This document shows, piece after piece, positions 30,882-39,601 of a stretch of 64,000 nucleotides of DNA. A program made the translations under genes and the position numbers. Within the stretch, counting starts at the first letter, position 1, and every line of letters begins with the position of its first letter. The notes under the pieces are model-generated. The model saw only the letters and a program-made list of their open reading frames with translations, did no database searches and was not told the DNA's origin. The DNA is from Nitrospinaceae bacterium. GTDB taxonomy: Bacteria > Nitrospinota > Nitrospinia > Nitrospinales > Nitrospinaceae. The stretch covers positions 2,208,001 through 2,272,000 of the forward strand of contig OZ245011.1 in the NCBI GenBank assembly GCA_965223665.1, written 5' to 3'.

Positions 30882-30987
30882 AGTTCCCCGTAATTAGTGT
30901 TTGAACTAGCGTGATTCCCTATACGAAAAATTCGTTAGGGCTTACCACCCAAACCCGATCCATACTTGAAATTAGGTGGTATACGCG

Positions 30988-31037
30988 AATATATTCCTAT
31001 CACGAATAACTGTCAAGAAAATATTCGTAAATGAATA
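30988..31037 (-). promoter_or_regulatory. Leftward sigma70-like promoter with TATTC-N6/7-GAATA candidate operators
   Basis: Minus strand TTGACA(31016-31011)-17 nt-TATATT(30993-30988); palindromes at 30992-31008, 31022-31037 and 31183-31204. Confidence 0.6.
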
Positions 31038-31483
31038 AAAAAACTGAGAACTACAGTAACCCTAATATGGGAAAAATCATTTCTGAAATCCGCGGAAGCC
31101 TTAAACAAGAAGAGTTTTGCGAGATCATAGGAACTACCCAGGGTAATCTATCGAAAATTGAAAAAGGAATGGTCCCTAGCTTAGATATTCTTATACGAAT
31201 ATCTGAGTATGGTCAGGTAAGCATTAATGATCTCTATAAGGGAATTAACAAGAAATATCGGAGTAACCCTCTTGATTCGGCGCACCATGAAAAGATAGAA
31301 TCGGAAGACGTTGATAAATGGTATGTTGAAGGTCCACAGGGGGAAGAAATGCGGAATTTTATGGAGCGGTTGGTCGATAAACTGAGTGAAGCCAATGTCA
31401 AGATTAATGAATTAGAGAAGGAAAACGCCCACCTTAAGGAAGAATTGGCTAAAGCGAAAAAGCAAAATTTCGCCCAGGGTTGA
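31031..31483 (+). CDS. Prophage repressor, XRE HTH with C-terminal coiled coil
   Basis: LKQEEF..IIG.TQ.NLSKIEKG..PS; divergent from the early operon. Confidence 0.85.
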   Translation: MNKKTENYSNPNMGKIISEIRGSLKQEEFCEIIGTTQGNLSKIEKGMVPSLDILIRISEYGQVSINDLYKGINKKYRSNPLDSAHHEKIESEDVDKWYVEGPQGEEMRNFMERLVDKLSEANVKINELEKENAHLKEELAKAKKQNFAQG

Positions 31484-31590
31484 CGGCCATTACCCCCAGG
31501 AAAACCGTTGTAAAATCAACCACCCCCAAATCCGCACAAGTGATTGATATTCGGACGAGATAGATTAATTTCAAATCAGGTAAAACTTCA

Positions 31591-32451
31591 ATGAAAAAGA
31601 AATTTTCAGAACGCATAGGTTTAAGCCCACCTCCCAAAATTCAAATTGATGAAATGAACGAGGTTTTAAGGAATTCTATTTGGAATTTTCTTTATGAAAA
31701 TTTTAACGACTCTTCCTCTAGTATAAAAACCAATTGGATAAAACTCGCTAAACACATCGCCGTATTATTCAGGAAAACTCCTGTTGATAATATAAGTATA
31801 AATAATTTCGATTGTTTAAACTGGGTAAAGAGATATTTTTTTAGTCTTAATTGGTATCAAGTTTATGACCTTTTAGAATTTTTATATGGTGAATATAATA
31901 ATATCAGAGGATATTCCTCATGTAATAAAGAAAGGTTTGTAGAGATTACCAATAAAATTTTAAAAGAAGAACTTTCTGGCTATCGTTTTATTGATGGACA
32001 ATTGGCTCCTATTTCAAATGAGACAGAAATTCAGGAAATTGAAGATTCCCTTGAAGCCACTAAAAAAAATGACTTGCACGGCGCCCAGGAGCACATTGAA
32101 AAAGCTTTAAGTTTATTTGGAAAAAAACCAGACCCCGATTATAGAAATTCTATTAAAGAAGCTATTAGTGCAGTGGAATCCGTGGCAAAACTGCTTTCGA
32201 AAAAAAGTTCTGCTGGGGTTTCTGATGCCCTAAAAACTCTACAAACCAAAATGGATTTGCATCCTGCTCTCAAGGCCGCGTTTGAAAAAATGTATGGTTA
32301 TACCAGTGATGAAGACGGAATTCGTCACGCAATCTTAGAGGAATCCGATGTGGGTTTCGATGAGGCCAAATATATGATTGTTGCATGTTCCGCTTTTGTA
32401 AATTTCCTAATTGCGAAAGCCGACTCGGCTGGATTGTTTCCAAATGAATAA
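31591..32451 (+). CDS. AbiJ-NTD4-like protein with a HEPN-like C-terminus (putative abortive infection)
   Basis: FSERIG...IQID.M...LRN.IWN; WY.VYD.LE; DYRNSIKEAISAVE; YGYTSD..GIRHA. Confidence 0.8.
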   Translation: MKKKFSERIGLSPPPKIQIDEMNEVLRNSIWNFLYENFNDSSSSIKTNWIKLAKHIAVLFRKTPVDNISINNFDCLNWVKRYFFSLNWYQVYDLLEFLYGEYNNIRGYSSCNKERFVEITNKILKEELSGYRFIDGQLAPISNETEIQEIEDSLEATKKNDLHGAQEHIEKALSLFGKKPDPDYRNSIKEAISAVESVAKLLSKKSSAGVSDALKTLQTKMDLHPALKAAFEKMYGYTSDEDGIRHAILEESDVGFDEAKYMIVACSAFVNFLIAKADSAGLFPNE

Positions 32452-32557
32452 TTCGAAGTCTGCTTTTTATATACTTACCCTGAGTTAGCACTCCTATTGA
32501 CAATCCCCCAAATTTAACATAAGGTTTTCCGATAAAACAACACTTGTTGGGGGAACC

Positions 32558-33565
32558 ATGGAAAAGCACTCACCGATTCCTGTTTTTGTTTTTATCGCCT
32601 TCCTATTTATTCCAATTTCTAATGCTTATGCAGCTTGTAACAAACCAAGTGGCATACCGCAATTTGACTCAGACTCTTATTACCAATCAGCCATTGGTAA
32701 AACTGGCGATTCGTTAAAATCCGAGTTAAATAAAATTATTAAGAAGCATCATAGACATTCTTATAGTTGCGTGTGGAATATACTTAGAGAATCGGATGAA
32801 GATCCTGATAATCCAGACAATGTAATTCTTTTATACACAGGAAGAAGCCAGGACAAATCAAGAAGAGATCAAGGTGGGAATGATCAAAACGCTTGGAACA
32901 GAGAACATGTTTGGGCCAAATCTCATGGATTTAAAAGTAAAGGGCAACATGCCCATACAGATGCGCACCACTTAAGACCTACAGATAAATCTGTTAACGC
33001 GGATAGAGGTAACAAGGATTTTGCAAACGGTGGTTCTCCCAATAATGAATGTACTTTATGTAAATCCACTTCTACAACATGGGAACCTCCTGATGCTGTA
33101 AAAGGAGACGTTGCCCGAATGATGTTTTACATGGTAGTTAGATATGAAGGAGAGGATCAATCAAGCACACCGGATTTAGAGCTTGTTGAAAGGTCAACAT
33201 TTGTTGGTTCTCCACGTTTTGGAAAACTGTGTGATTTGTACGGGTGGCATAAACAAGATCAAGTGAGTGATTGGGAAAAGCAAAGGAATTCAGTGGTTTA
33301 TTCCTGGCAGGGTAATAGCAATCCGTTTATTGATCATCCAGAGTTTGCTCAGGCAATCTGGGGTGAAAAGTGTCATGACACAGGACCAGTTGAGCCACCA
33401 GTGGACCCTGAGCCTGATCCAGAGATTCCAGATCCTGAGGTTCCTCAACCTGTACCTGACCACCCCGAACCGGAGGAGCCAAATCCCATTGACAAAGAAA
33501 AATTGGATGGAATTATCAAATCTTTAGAAGAGATTCTTGAAGAAATCCGAAAATTGAGAGAATAA
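32558..33565 (+). CDS. Secreted endonuclease I family (His-Me finger) nuclease with a Pro-rich tail
   Basis: Signal peptide; WNREHVWAKSHG, TDAHHLRP, KGDVARMMFYM.VRY, QGN.NPFIDHP. Confidence 0.9.
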   Translation: MEKHSPIPVFVFIAFLFIPISNAYAACNKPSGIPQFDSDSYYQSAIGKTGDSLKSELNKIIKKHHRHSYSCVWNILRESDEDPDNPDNVILLYTGRSQDKSRRDQGGNDQNAWNREHVWAKSHGFKSKGQHAHTDAHHLRPTDKSVNADRGNKDFANGGSPNNECTLCKSTSTTWEPPDAVKGDVARMMFYMVVRYEGEDQSSTPDLELVERSTFVGSPRFGKLCDLYGWHKQDQVSDWEKQRNSVVYSWQGNSNPFIDHPEFAQAIWGEKCHDTGPVEPPVDPEPDPEIPDPEVPQPVPDHPEPEEPNPIDKEKLDGIIKSLEEILEEIRKLRE

Positions 33566-33567
33566 CT

Positions 33568-33756
33568 ATGGCCATCTTTGAACCCTACCGCTGCCACAAA
33601 TGCTTTGAGGAGATTACCTTGGTTCAACCTCAAGCTAAGGATGGTGAGCCCAAAGGAAAAGCAAAGGTTGAATGTATATTTTGTGGATGGAATCAGGAGT
33701 ATCAACTATATAACGGGCAAAAAAATGAGGAATTAATTAATGACAAAAAAGAGTAA
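33568..33756 (+). CDS. Small Zn-ribbon protein
   Basis: CHKC...CIFC; starts 2 nt after the upstream stop. Confidence 0.55.
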   Translation: MAIFEPYRCHKCFEEITLVQPQAKDGEPKGKAKVECIFCGWNQEYQLYNGQKNEELINDKKE

Positions 33757-33922
33757 CGGAGGCAACCGAGAGGAAGTTCCATTGGAAAAAATTGTGATTT
33801 CGAATATGTATAGTATAGAGGGAATAATCAATTTGCTGGTGAAGAAAGAGATAATCACAAAAGAAGAAGTGTTGAAGGAGATGGAACTGGTGGTGAAGGA
33901 GAAGAGAAATACTGAGTCCTAA
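33740..33922 (+). CDS. Small hypothetical protein
   Basis: GAGGA RBS; IINLLVKK.IITKEEVL. Confidence 0.6.
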   Translation: MTKKSNGGNREEVPLEKIVISNMYSIEGIINLLVKKEIITKEEVLKEMELVVKEKRNTES

Positions 33923-34216
33923 AAATGGTTTGAAGGTTATACATTCACTAACGGAGGGCTGCTTTCGACCCAAAGCGAACATTTCCCAGAGATCTGCTTA
34001 ATGATTTGGCAACAACCCATCCCTAAGTTATGGATCCACTCAAGCCGCAGTTTGATGAAGAAATCGGTCAAGCTTTCAGGGAAAATTAATATGCCAATTT
34101 TTTCTTGATTACTTATACCCATTGGAATAGGCTTGGGGAAAACCACGAATAAAAGATGTGGTGGCTATCGACCCAAAGCAGACATTAGGCCATTAACATG
34201 AGGTGGAAACGAAGGC

Positions 34217-35380
34217 ATGAAAGAAATTATTACTAAATCCACATCACGAGTGACGGCTCAAGTTTCCGATATTGCTCTTAGGGAGACTATTACTACACGC
34301 TTGATATTTCGTCCCATCATAATAGACAATCCCAATAATCGTGAAGCTTCTATAAAGGGTAATTTTCTATTTCAAAGAAAATCGAAAAACTCTCAATGGG
34401 AAGATTTTGAAACTACCCCTTTATCTAAGCTTAAAAGTGGGGAAGGTTTTAAGCTTGAACTTAAGTCTAGTGAATTACTTAAATTAGTAGATGAGATTAA
34501 ACCTTTATATGATCTCCATAAAAATGAAGGTGTTCCCAGAGGTCAAAAGAAATTCGTTCGCGCAACCCCACAACTTGAACAACTAGCATCTCTTACTGAT
34601 GATGATATTTCCAATTATTTAGATGCTAATACTACGATTGGTGCAACATTATTAACAAAACTATTAAATTGGGCTATAAACCTCGATGATCCAACCCCTC
34701 TAATCGAACGATTGGTTGAGCTTAATCCTAAATCTCTTGAAAAATTAAATGCTGCAGTGGGGCTGCAAAGTCTAAAAACTGCACTCGCTACTTGGCAGAA
34801 AAACGTGTGCAATTCAGATGAAGAATTTTGGCAGAAGACTTTAACAGAACATTCATTCGTACTAGAGCAAGCATTTTCATGGCCAACTTCAATTGTCAAA
34901 GGAAAGGCATATGTAAGTGGAAAGTCTGTATTTAACACAGGCGGTAATCTAGTAGATTTTTTGATGAAAAACAGCCTAACTCAAAGTGCTGCCCTTATTG
35001 AAATTAAAACACCTTCAACAAATTTAGTGGGACCTGAATATCGTACAGGAATTTACAATATATCAAGTGAGTTATCTGGCTCGATAATGCAAATTTTGAA
35101 TTATAAGCATTCATTGCAAGAAGACTTCACCATTTTAACAAAAGAGACACCTGATCTTTTCGATTCTTTTAATCCACAGTGTGTAGTAATAGTCGGTAAT
35201 ACTGGGAACGAACTAGATAATCAAAATAAGACGAAGTCATTCGAGCTATATCGCCATCAGTTCCAAAGTGTAACAATAATCTCATACGATGAATTGTTTC
35301 AAAAAATTAAAAACCTTATTAGATTACTGGAAAATCCTATTGAAAATGAAAGTTTTGACGAAGCTGAAATTCCTTTTTAA
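34217..35380 (+). CDS. sduA: Shedu anti-phage nuclease (DUF4263)
   Basis: EEFWQ..L, VDFL, LIEIKTP, ELSG.I.Q...YK, SFELYR, V.IISYDEL..K. Confidence 0.88.
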   Translation: MKEIITKSTSRVTAQVSDIALRETITTRLIFRPIIIDNPNNREASIKGNFLFQRKSKNSQWEDFETTPLSKLKSGEGFKLELKSSELLKLVDEIKPLYDLHKNEGVPRGQKKFVRATPQLEQLASLTDDDISNYLDANTTIGATLLTKLLNWAINLDDPTPLIERLVELNPKSLEKLNAAVGLQSLKTALATWQKNVCNSDEEFWQKTLTEHSFVLEQAFSWPTSIVKGKAYVSGKSVFNTGGNLVDFLMKNSLTQSAALIEIKTPSTNLVGPEYRTGIYNISSELSGSIMQILNYKHSLQEDFTILTKETPDLFDSFNPQCVVIVGNTGNELDNQNKTKSFELYRHQFQSVTIISYDELFQKIKNLIRLLENPIENESFDEAEIPF

Positions 35381-35530
35381 CATCCGCTTTTAGCCGACAG
35401 CGGTAGTTGGGCGTAATCTCTGTTGAAGGACAGATACCGACCCAAAGCGGGCATCCGTCTATATAATTATTCATGAATTTTTTTTGGAATTTTCAGGTTT
35501 TATTTCTTGAAAGAGGAGCCAAGGCGATTT

Positions 35531-36259
35531 ATGAGTGACGACAACAAAGAAGTTAAGAGCTCAAGCGGTTGTAACTGGTACGTTTTTGTTCCATCATTTT
35601 TATTCCTATTGTCGGGGACATTGTTTTTTGGGGTAAAAGAACAACCCGCAGAAATGGGTCTAGCTATTATCGCCGGAGCCATAGGAATGGCCTTTTCCAG
35701 CCTAGATAAATTTGAGTTTTTTAAAGGTGCCGGTTTCGAGGCAAAAACAAGGGAACTTCGGAAAGTCGTTACCGAGGGGAATGAAACTCTTGAAAGGCTT
35801 AGGACGGTTACACTTTTTTCGGCAGAATCAGTTTTGACGCAAGTCATAGCAATGGGCAGATGGGGGGTGGATCTAAGACTAAGAAATGAAACCAAAGCCA
35901 AGGTGGACAGAATTTTAAAGATTATAAATGCCAATCCAGATGAAATCGCCGAAGTTGAAAAGTATTGGAGGAAATACACAATCTGTGATTACATCTTCCA
36001 TATTTTAGGAGGAAGCACAGTACCGGACGGGTTTGATGGAGACGAAACAAAGGAATGGCAGGAGCTTAGGAGGGGTCTTATAGATAACCCACCCAGCCCT
36101 AAAAAATTACGAGACTTTCTAACGAAGTACGGCATGCTCGACACGGAGAGAGAAGGTTTGATAAAGGATTACGAATATTATCTGGAAAACTCTATCCACA
36201 GGGATGAAGAAGCATGGGAAAACCGAGTTGACAAGAGATTGGTTAAAAACTCTTCCTGA
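35531..36259 (+). CDS. Hypothetical protein with two N-terminal TM helices
   Basis: F..FKGAGFEA motif after the TM segments; ATG 35531 follows AAGG. Confidence 0.75.
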   Translation: MSDDNKEVKSSSGCNWYVFVPSFLFLLSGTLFFGVKEQPAEMGLAIIAGAIGMAFSSLDKFEFFKGAGFEAKTRELRKVVTEGNETLERLRTVTLFSAESVLTQVIAMGRWGVDLRLRNETKAKVDRILKIINANPDEIAEVEKYWRKYTICDYIFHILGGSTVPDGFDGDETKEWQELRRGLIDNPPSPKKLRDFLTKYGMLDTEREGLIKDYEYYLENSIHRDEEAWENRVDKRLVKNSS

Positions 36260-36405
36260 ATTATTTTCTTAAACGTCCGCTTTTGGCCCAAGGTTGAAGC
36301 GCAAGGCCAAAAAAAAAACAAACTCCCTATTCTCTCCTGGCAAAGTTTCAGATTGCACTTCCACCTATCTTGTGCCAAAATGTCAAAAATATTCCCAGAT
36401 GAGGA

Positions 36406-37701
36406 ATGATGGCAAAAAATCAAAATCAGACAGAATTTGCAAAGCTTCTTAAAAACACAGGGTTTTCCAAGGTAGAGCTTGCCGAACGCATCGGATACAA
36501 CGTCAGAACTATTTACCGGTGGGAGAAAGGAGAAACCCGCCCGAGAAAAGCCATCCTGGATCTTGTCCGTGAAGTAGCAGCTTCTTCCGGAAAAATTCGC
36601 AATCGTTCTCCCAAGGAGTTTGGTTTTAATTTCATTGATCTTTTCGCCGGTATAGGTGGACTCCGGGCAGGGTTTGAAAAAATTGGCGGGAAATGCGTTT
36701 TCACCAGTGAATGGAATGAGCCCTGTCTCCATACCTATCGGGCCAACTTCTCTTGTGATCATGAAATTGAGGGAGATATCACAAAGGTTCCTGAGCACAA
36801 GGTTCCACCTCATGATGTTTTACTGGCGGGTTTTCCCTGCCAGCCTTTTTCCATTGCGGGAGTTTCAAAGAAAAATGCCCTTGGCAGACCACACGGTTTT
36901 TTGTGTGACGCGCAGGGGACCCTGTTTTTTGATGTCGCCCGAATCATTGCGCACCACAAGCCCGCTGTCTTTCTCCTTGAGAATGTAAAAAACCTGATAA
37001 GCCATGACAAGGGAAATACCTTTCGTGTGATCAGGAAAACCCTGGAAGAGGAACTTGGTTATCATATTGACTGGCGGGTAATAAATGCCAAACCCTTTGT
37101 CCCCCAGAACAGGGAAAGAATTTTTATTGCCGGTTTCAGGGAAAATACAAGGTTTGATTTTAATGATCTGGTTTTACCCCCCGAAGAAAACTGGCCTTCT
37201 ATGGTTTCCGTTCTCCATCCGGAAGACGGCTCAGAGCCGGATGAACCACCCTATACCATTGGATCGAGGGGAAAGGTTAATCCCAAATACACCCTTTCTG
37301 AAAAATTATGGACCTATCTTCAAAACTATGCCCAAAAGCATCGCGAAAAAGGCAATGGTTTCGGGTTCGGTCTGGTTGGTAAAAACGACGTAGCCCGAAC
37401 ACTGTCAGCCAGATACTACAAGGATGGTTCTGAAGTTCTGGTACGTCAACGCGGAAGAAGGCCACGCCGCCTGACCCCCCGCGAGTGTGCCCGTCTTATG
37501 GGATTTGATCAGCCAGGGAAACCTCTCTTCCGGATCCCTGTTTCTGATACACAAGCCTATAAACAGTTTGGCAATGCAGTTGTGGTTCCGGTTGTCGAGG
37601 CCGTTGCCGGGTTTATGCTTCCTCATATCCAGCAGGTGATTCATGGAAATTCAAGGCAACAAAAACTTTTTTCTGAAGAGATGCTGTTAGAAGCCGTTTG
37701 A
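36406..37701 (+). CDS. dcm: DNA cytosine-C5 methyltransferase (Dcm/M.EcoRII-like) with N-terminal HTH
   Basis: [53 protein letters not shown]. Confidence 0.93.
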   Translation: MMAKNQNQTEFAKLLKNTGFSKVELAERIGYNVRTIYRWEKGETRPRKAILDLVREVAASSGKIRNRSPKEFGFNFIDLFAGIGGLRAGFEKIGGKCVFTSEWNEPCLHTYRANFSCDHEIEGDITKVPEHKVPPHDVLLAGFPCQPFSIAGVSKKNALGRPHGFLCDAQGTLFFDVARIIAHHKPAVFLLENVKNLISHDKGNTFRVIRKTLEEELGYHIDWRVINAKPFVPQNRERIFIAGFRENTRFDFNDLVLPPEENWPSMVSVLHPEDGSEPDEPPYTIGSRGKVNPKYTLSEKLWTYLQNYAQKHREKGNGFGFGLVGKNDVARTLSARYYKDGSEVLVRQRGRRPRRLTPRECARLMGFDQPGKPLFRIPVSDTQAYKQFGNAVVVPVVEAVAGFMLPHIQQVIHGNSRQQKLFSEEMLLEAV

Positions 37702-37705
37702 AGCT

Positions 37706-38176
37706 ATGGCTGACATTGTATCCCCCGAAACCCGCAGTCGCATGATGTCCGGAATAAAGGGAAAGGATACTCGCCCTGAACTTTTGATCAGAAAAGGACT
37801 TCATGCCAAAGGACACAGATACCGTCTTCATGTAAAAAGTCTTTCCGGCAAACCTGATCTGGTTTTTCCGAAATACAGGGCTGTTATTCTGGTTCATGGT
37901 TGTTTCTGGCATGGCCATAACTGCCATCTTTTTAAATGGCCATCCACAAGGAAGGATTTCTGGCGTCAAAAGATCACTGGAAATCAGAAAAATGATTCCA
38001 AAAACCTTGCAGCCCTGAAAGAAGATAACTGGAGAGTTATGACCATATGGGAATGTGCCCTCAAGGGCCGCGAACGAATTCCCCTGAATGAAATAATCGA
38101 TAAGGCAGCTGAGTGGCTGTTATCAAACAGGCTCGCAATGGAAATCAGGGGAAGAAAAAAAAGAGATCGGGAATGA
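37706..38176 (+). CDS. vsr: Very short patch repair endonuclease
   Basis: RSRMMSGIKGKDTRPE, GKPD, VHGCFWHGH, IWECAL. Confidence 0.95.
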   Translation: MADIVSPETRSRMMSGIKGKDTRPELLIRKGLHAKGHRYRLHVKSLSGKPDLVFPKYRAVILVHGCFWHGHNCHLFKWPSTRKDFWRQKITGNQKNDSKNLAALKEDNWRVMTIWECALKGRERIPLNEIIDKAAEWLLSNRLAMEIRGRKKRDRE

Positions 38177-39390
38177 AAAAAGGTTTTCTGTCCGAATATT
38201 TTGAAGGCGTTGCTGCCAAACGATTGAGTGTCGTTGAAGTTGACCCTGCCAGCTCAAACCAGCATGAATTTAATGGAGTGAAAGCCCTGAAACAACTTCT
38301 CGGACCTGAAAGGTTAAATGATATTCCTGTCCGTTTTGTCTGGCTTGGTGAAGAAAACGAAGGTTTGTCTGAAGATTCCCATGTGACCTGGTATGATTCG
38401 CGGGAAAACCATCCGACAAGATCAGAATACCGCCTTTACTTCAAGTCCAACCCGGTCATGGAAATGGCCCGTGAAGGTGATTTGCTGGTTGTTGCCAAAA
38501 GACCTGGTGGTGAACTGATGATAATTATTGCGAGTCAGGGGACTACTATAGAAAACCAGTTGATATGGCTTTTCGGAGTTTCCGTCCAGATAGGGACAGG
38601 TTTTGAGTTTCGGGAGTTGGATGAGCAACAGGATATGGAAGTTGATTTTGCTGTCCGCTTTATTCTGGAAGAACTCGGAATTGAAATTGAGGAACCGGAA
38701 GCCGACCTGTTTGACAGGTTGCTTGAACCTTTTCAGGGCATGTTCCCCAAGACTGCCGAATTTTCTGCCTTTGCAAGAAAAACCCTCTCTGATGTTTCAC
38801 CCATGGATGACCCGGACGCGGCCCTGATAGCCTGGATAGAAAGAGAGGAAAAACTTTTCAGGAGACTGGAACGACACATTGTTTCTGACCGTTTAAAGGA
38901 AGGATTTGCCGGGCCCGAGGGTGCGGATGTAGATGGCTTTATCAGTTTTTCGCTTAGTGTCCAGAATCGCCGAAAATCAAGAATGGGATACTCTCTGGAA
39001 CACCATCTTGAAGAAATATTTTGTTTGCGGGGTATCCGGTATGACAGGAATAAAGTAACTGAAAACAATTCCAAACCGGATTTTTTGTTTCCAGGACAAA
39101 CAGAATATAGGGACCAAAACTTTTCTTCCCTGAAACTTTCCATGCTGGGTGTAAAATCAACCTGCAAGGATCGATGGCGACAGGTTCTTTCCGAGGCCGC
39201 CAGAATACCGGACAAACATCTGCTTACACTGGAACCCGGTATTAGTGAGAACCAGACAAAAGAAATGATGTCCAACCGGCTTCAGCTTGTCATTCCAACC
39301 GGTCTTCATGAGACCTATCAACCTGCCCAGAAGGAATGGCTTATGAATGTAACAGAATTTATCCAACTGGTTCAGGAGCGTCAGGAATGA
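38173..39390 (+). CDS. Type II restriction endonuclease, EcoRII-like
   Basis: SNQHEF, NRRKSR.G.SLEHHL, KPDFLFP, KSTCKDRWRQ; ATGA overlap with vsr. Confidence 0.9.
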   Translation: MKKGFLSEYFEGVAAKRLSVVEVDPASSNQHEFNGVKALKQLLGPERLNDIPVRFVWLGEENEGLSEDSHVTWYDSRENHPTRSEYRLYFKSNPVMEMAREGDLLVVAKRPGGELMIIIASQGTTIENQLIWLFGVSVQIGTGFEFRELDEQQDMEVDFAVRFILEELGIEIEEPEADLFDRLLEPFQGMFPKTAEFSAFARKTLSDVSPMDDPDAALIAWIEREEKLFRRLERHIVSDRLKEGFAGPEGADVDGFISFSLSVQNRRKSRMGYSLEHHLEEIFCLRGIRYDRNKVTENNSKPDFLFPGQTEYRDQNFSSLKLSMLGVKSTCKDRWRQVLSEAARIPDKHLLTLEPGISENQTKEMMSNRLQLVIPTGLHETYQPAQKEWLMNVTEFIQLVQERQE

Positions 39391-39507
39391 AAATGATTTG
39401 ACGAACAAGAAATGATCACCCTACGCCTAATAGGACATGGGGTTTATTGTCCTTTCGCCCACGTCCCGTTAACACTACCCTTCCTTTTTTTCATCTCCGG
39501 CTTGGGC

Positions 39508-39536
39508 TTGCATCCGTAAACCGAAAGGAGTAGGAT
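39508..39536 (+). promoter_or_regulatory. Sigma70-like promoter of TPR gene 1 (copy at 42186-42214 for TPR gene 2)
   Basis: TTGCAT-17 nt-TAGGAT conserved in both duplicated upstream regions. Confidence 0.6.
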
Positions 39537-39601
39537 TTGGAGTAATTTCCGTTCTATATTATATGGGCTTAGAAATCTGTTAATCCTCATTGGAAAATTT
39601 G

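Larger units (their letters stand above)
33957..36293. repeat. Five related short hairpin sites bracketing cargo genes
   Basis: CGACCCAAAGC at 33957-33983, 34160-34186, 35429-35454; AACRTCCGCTTTTRGCC at 35379 and 36272. Confidence 0.8.
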
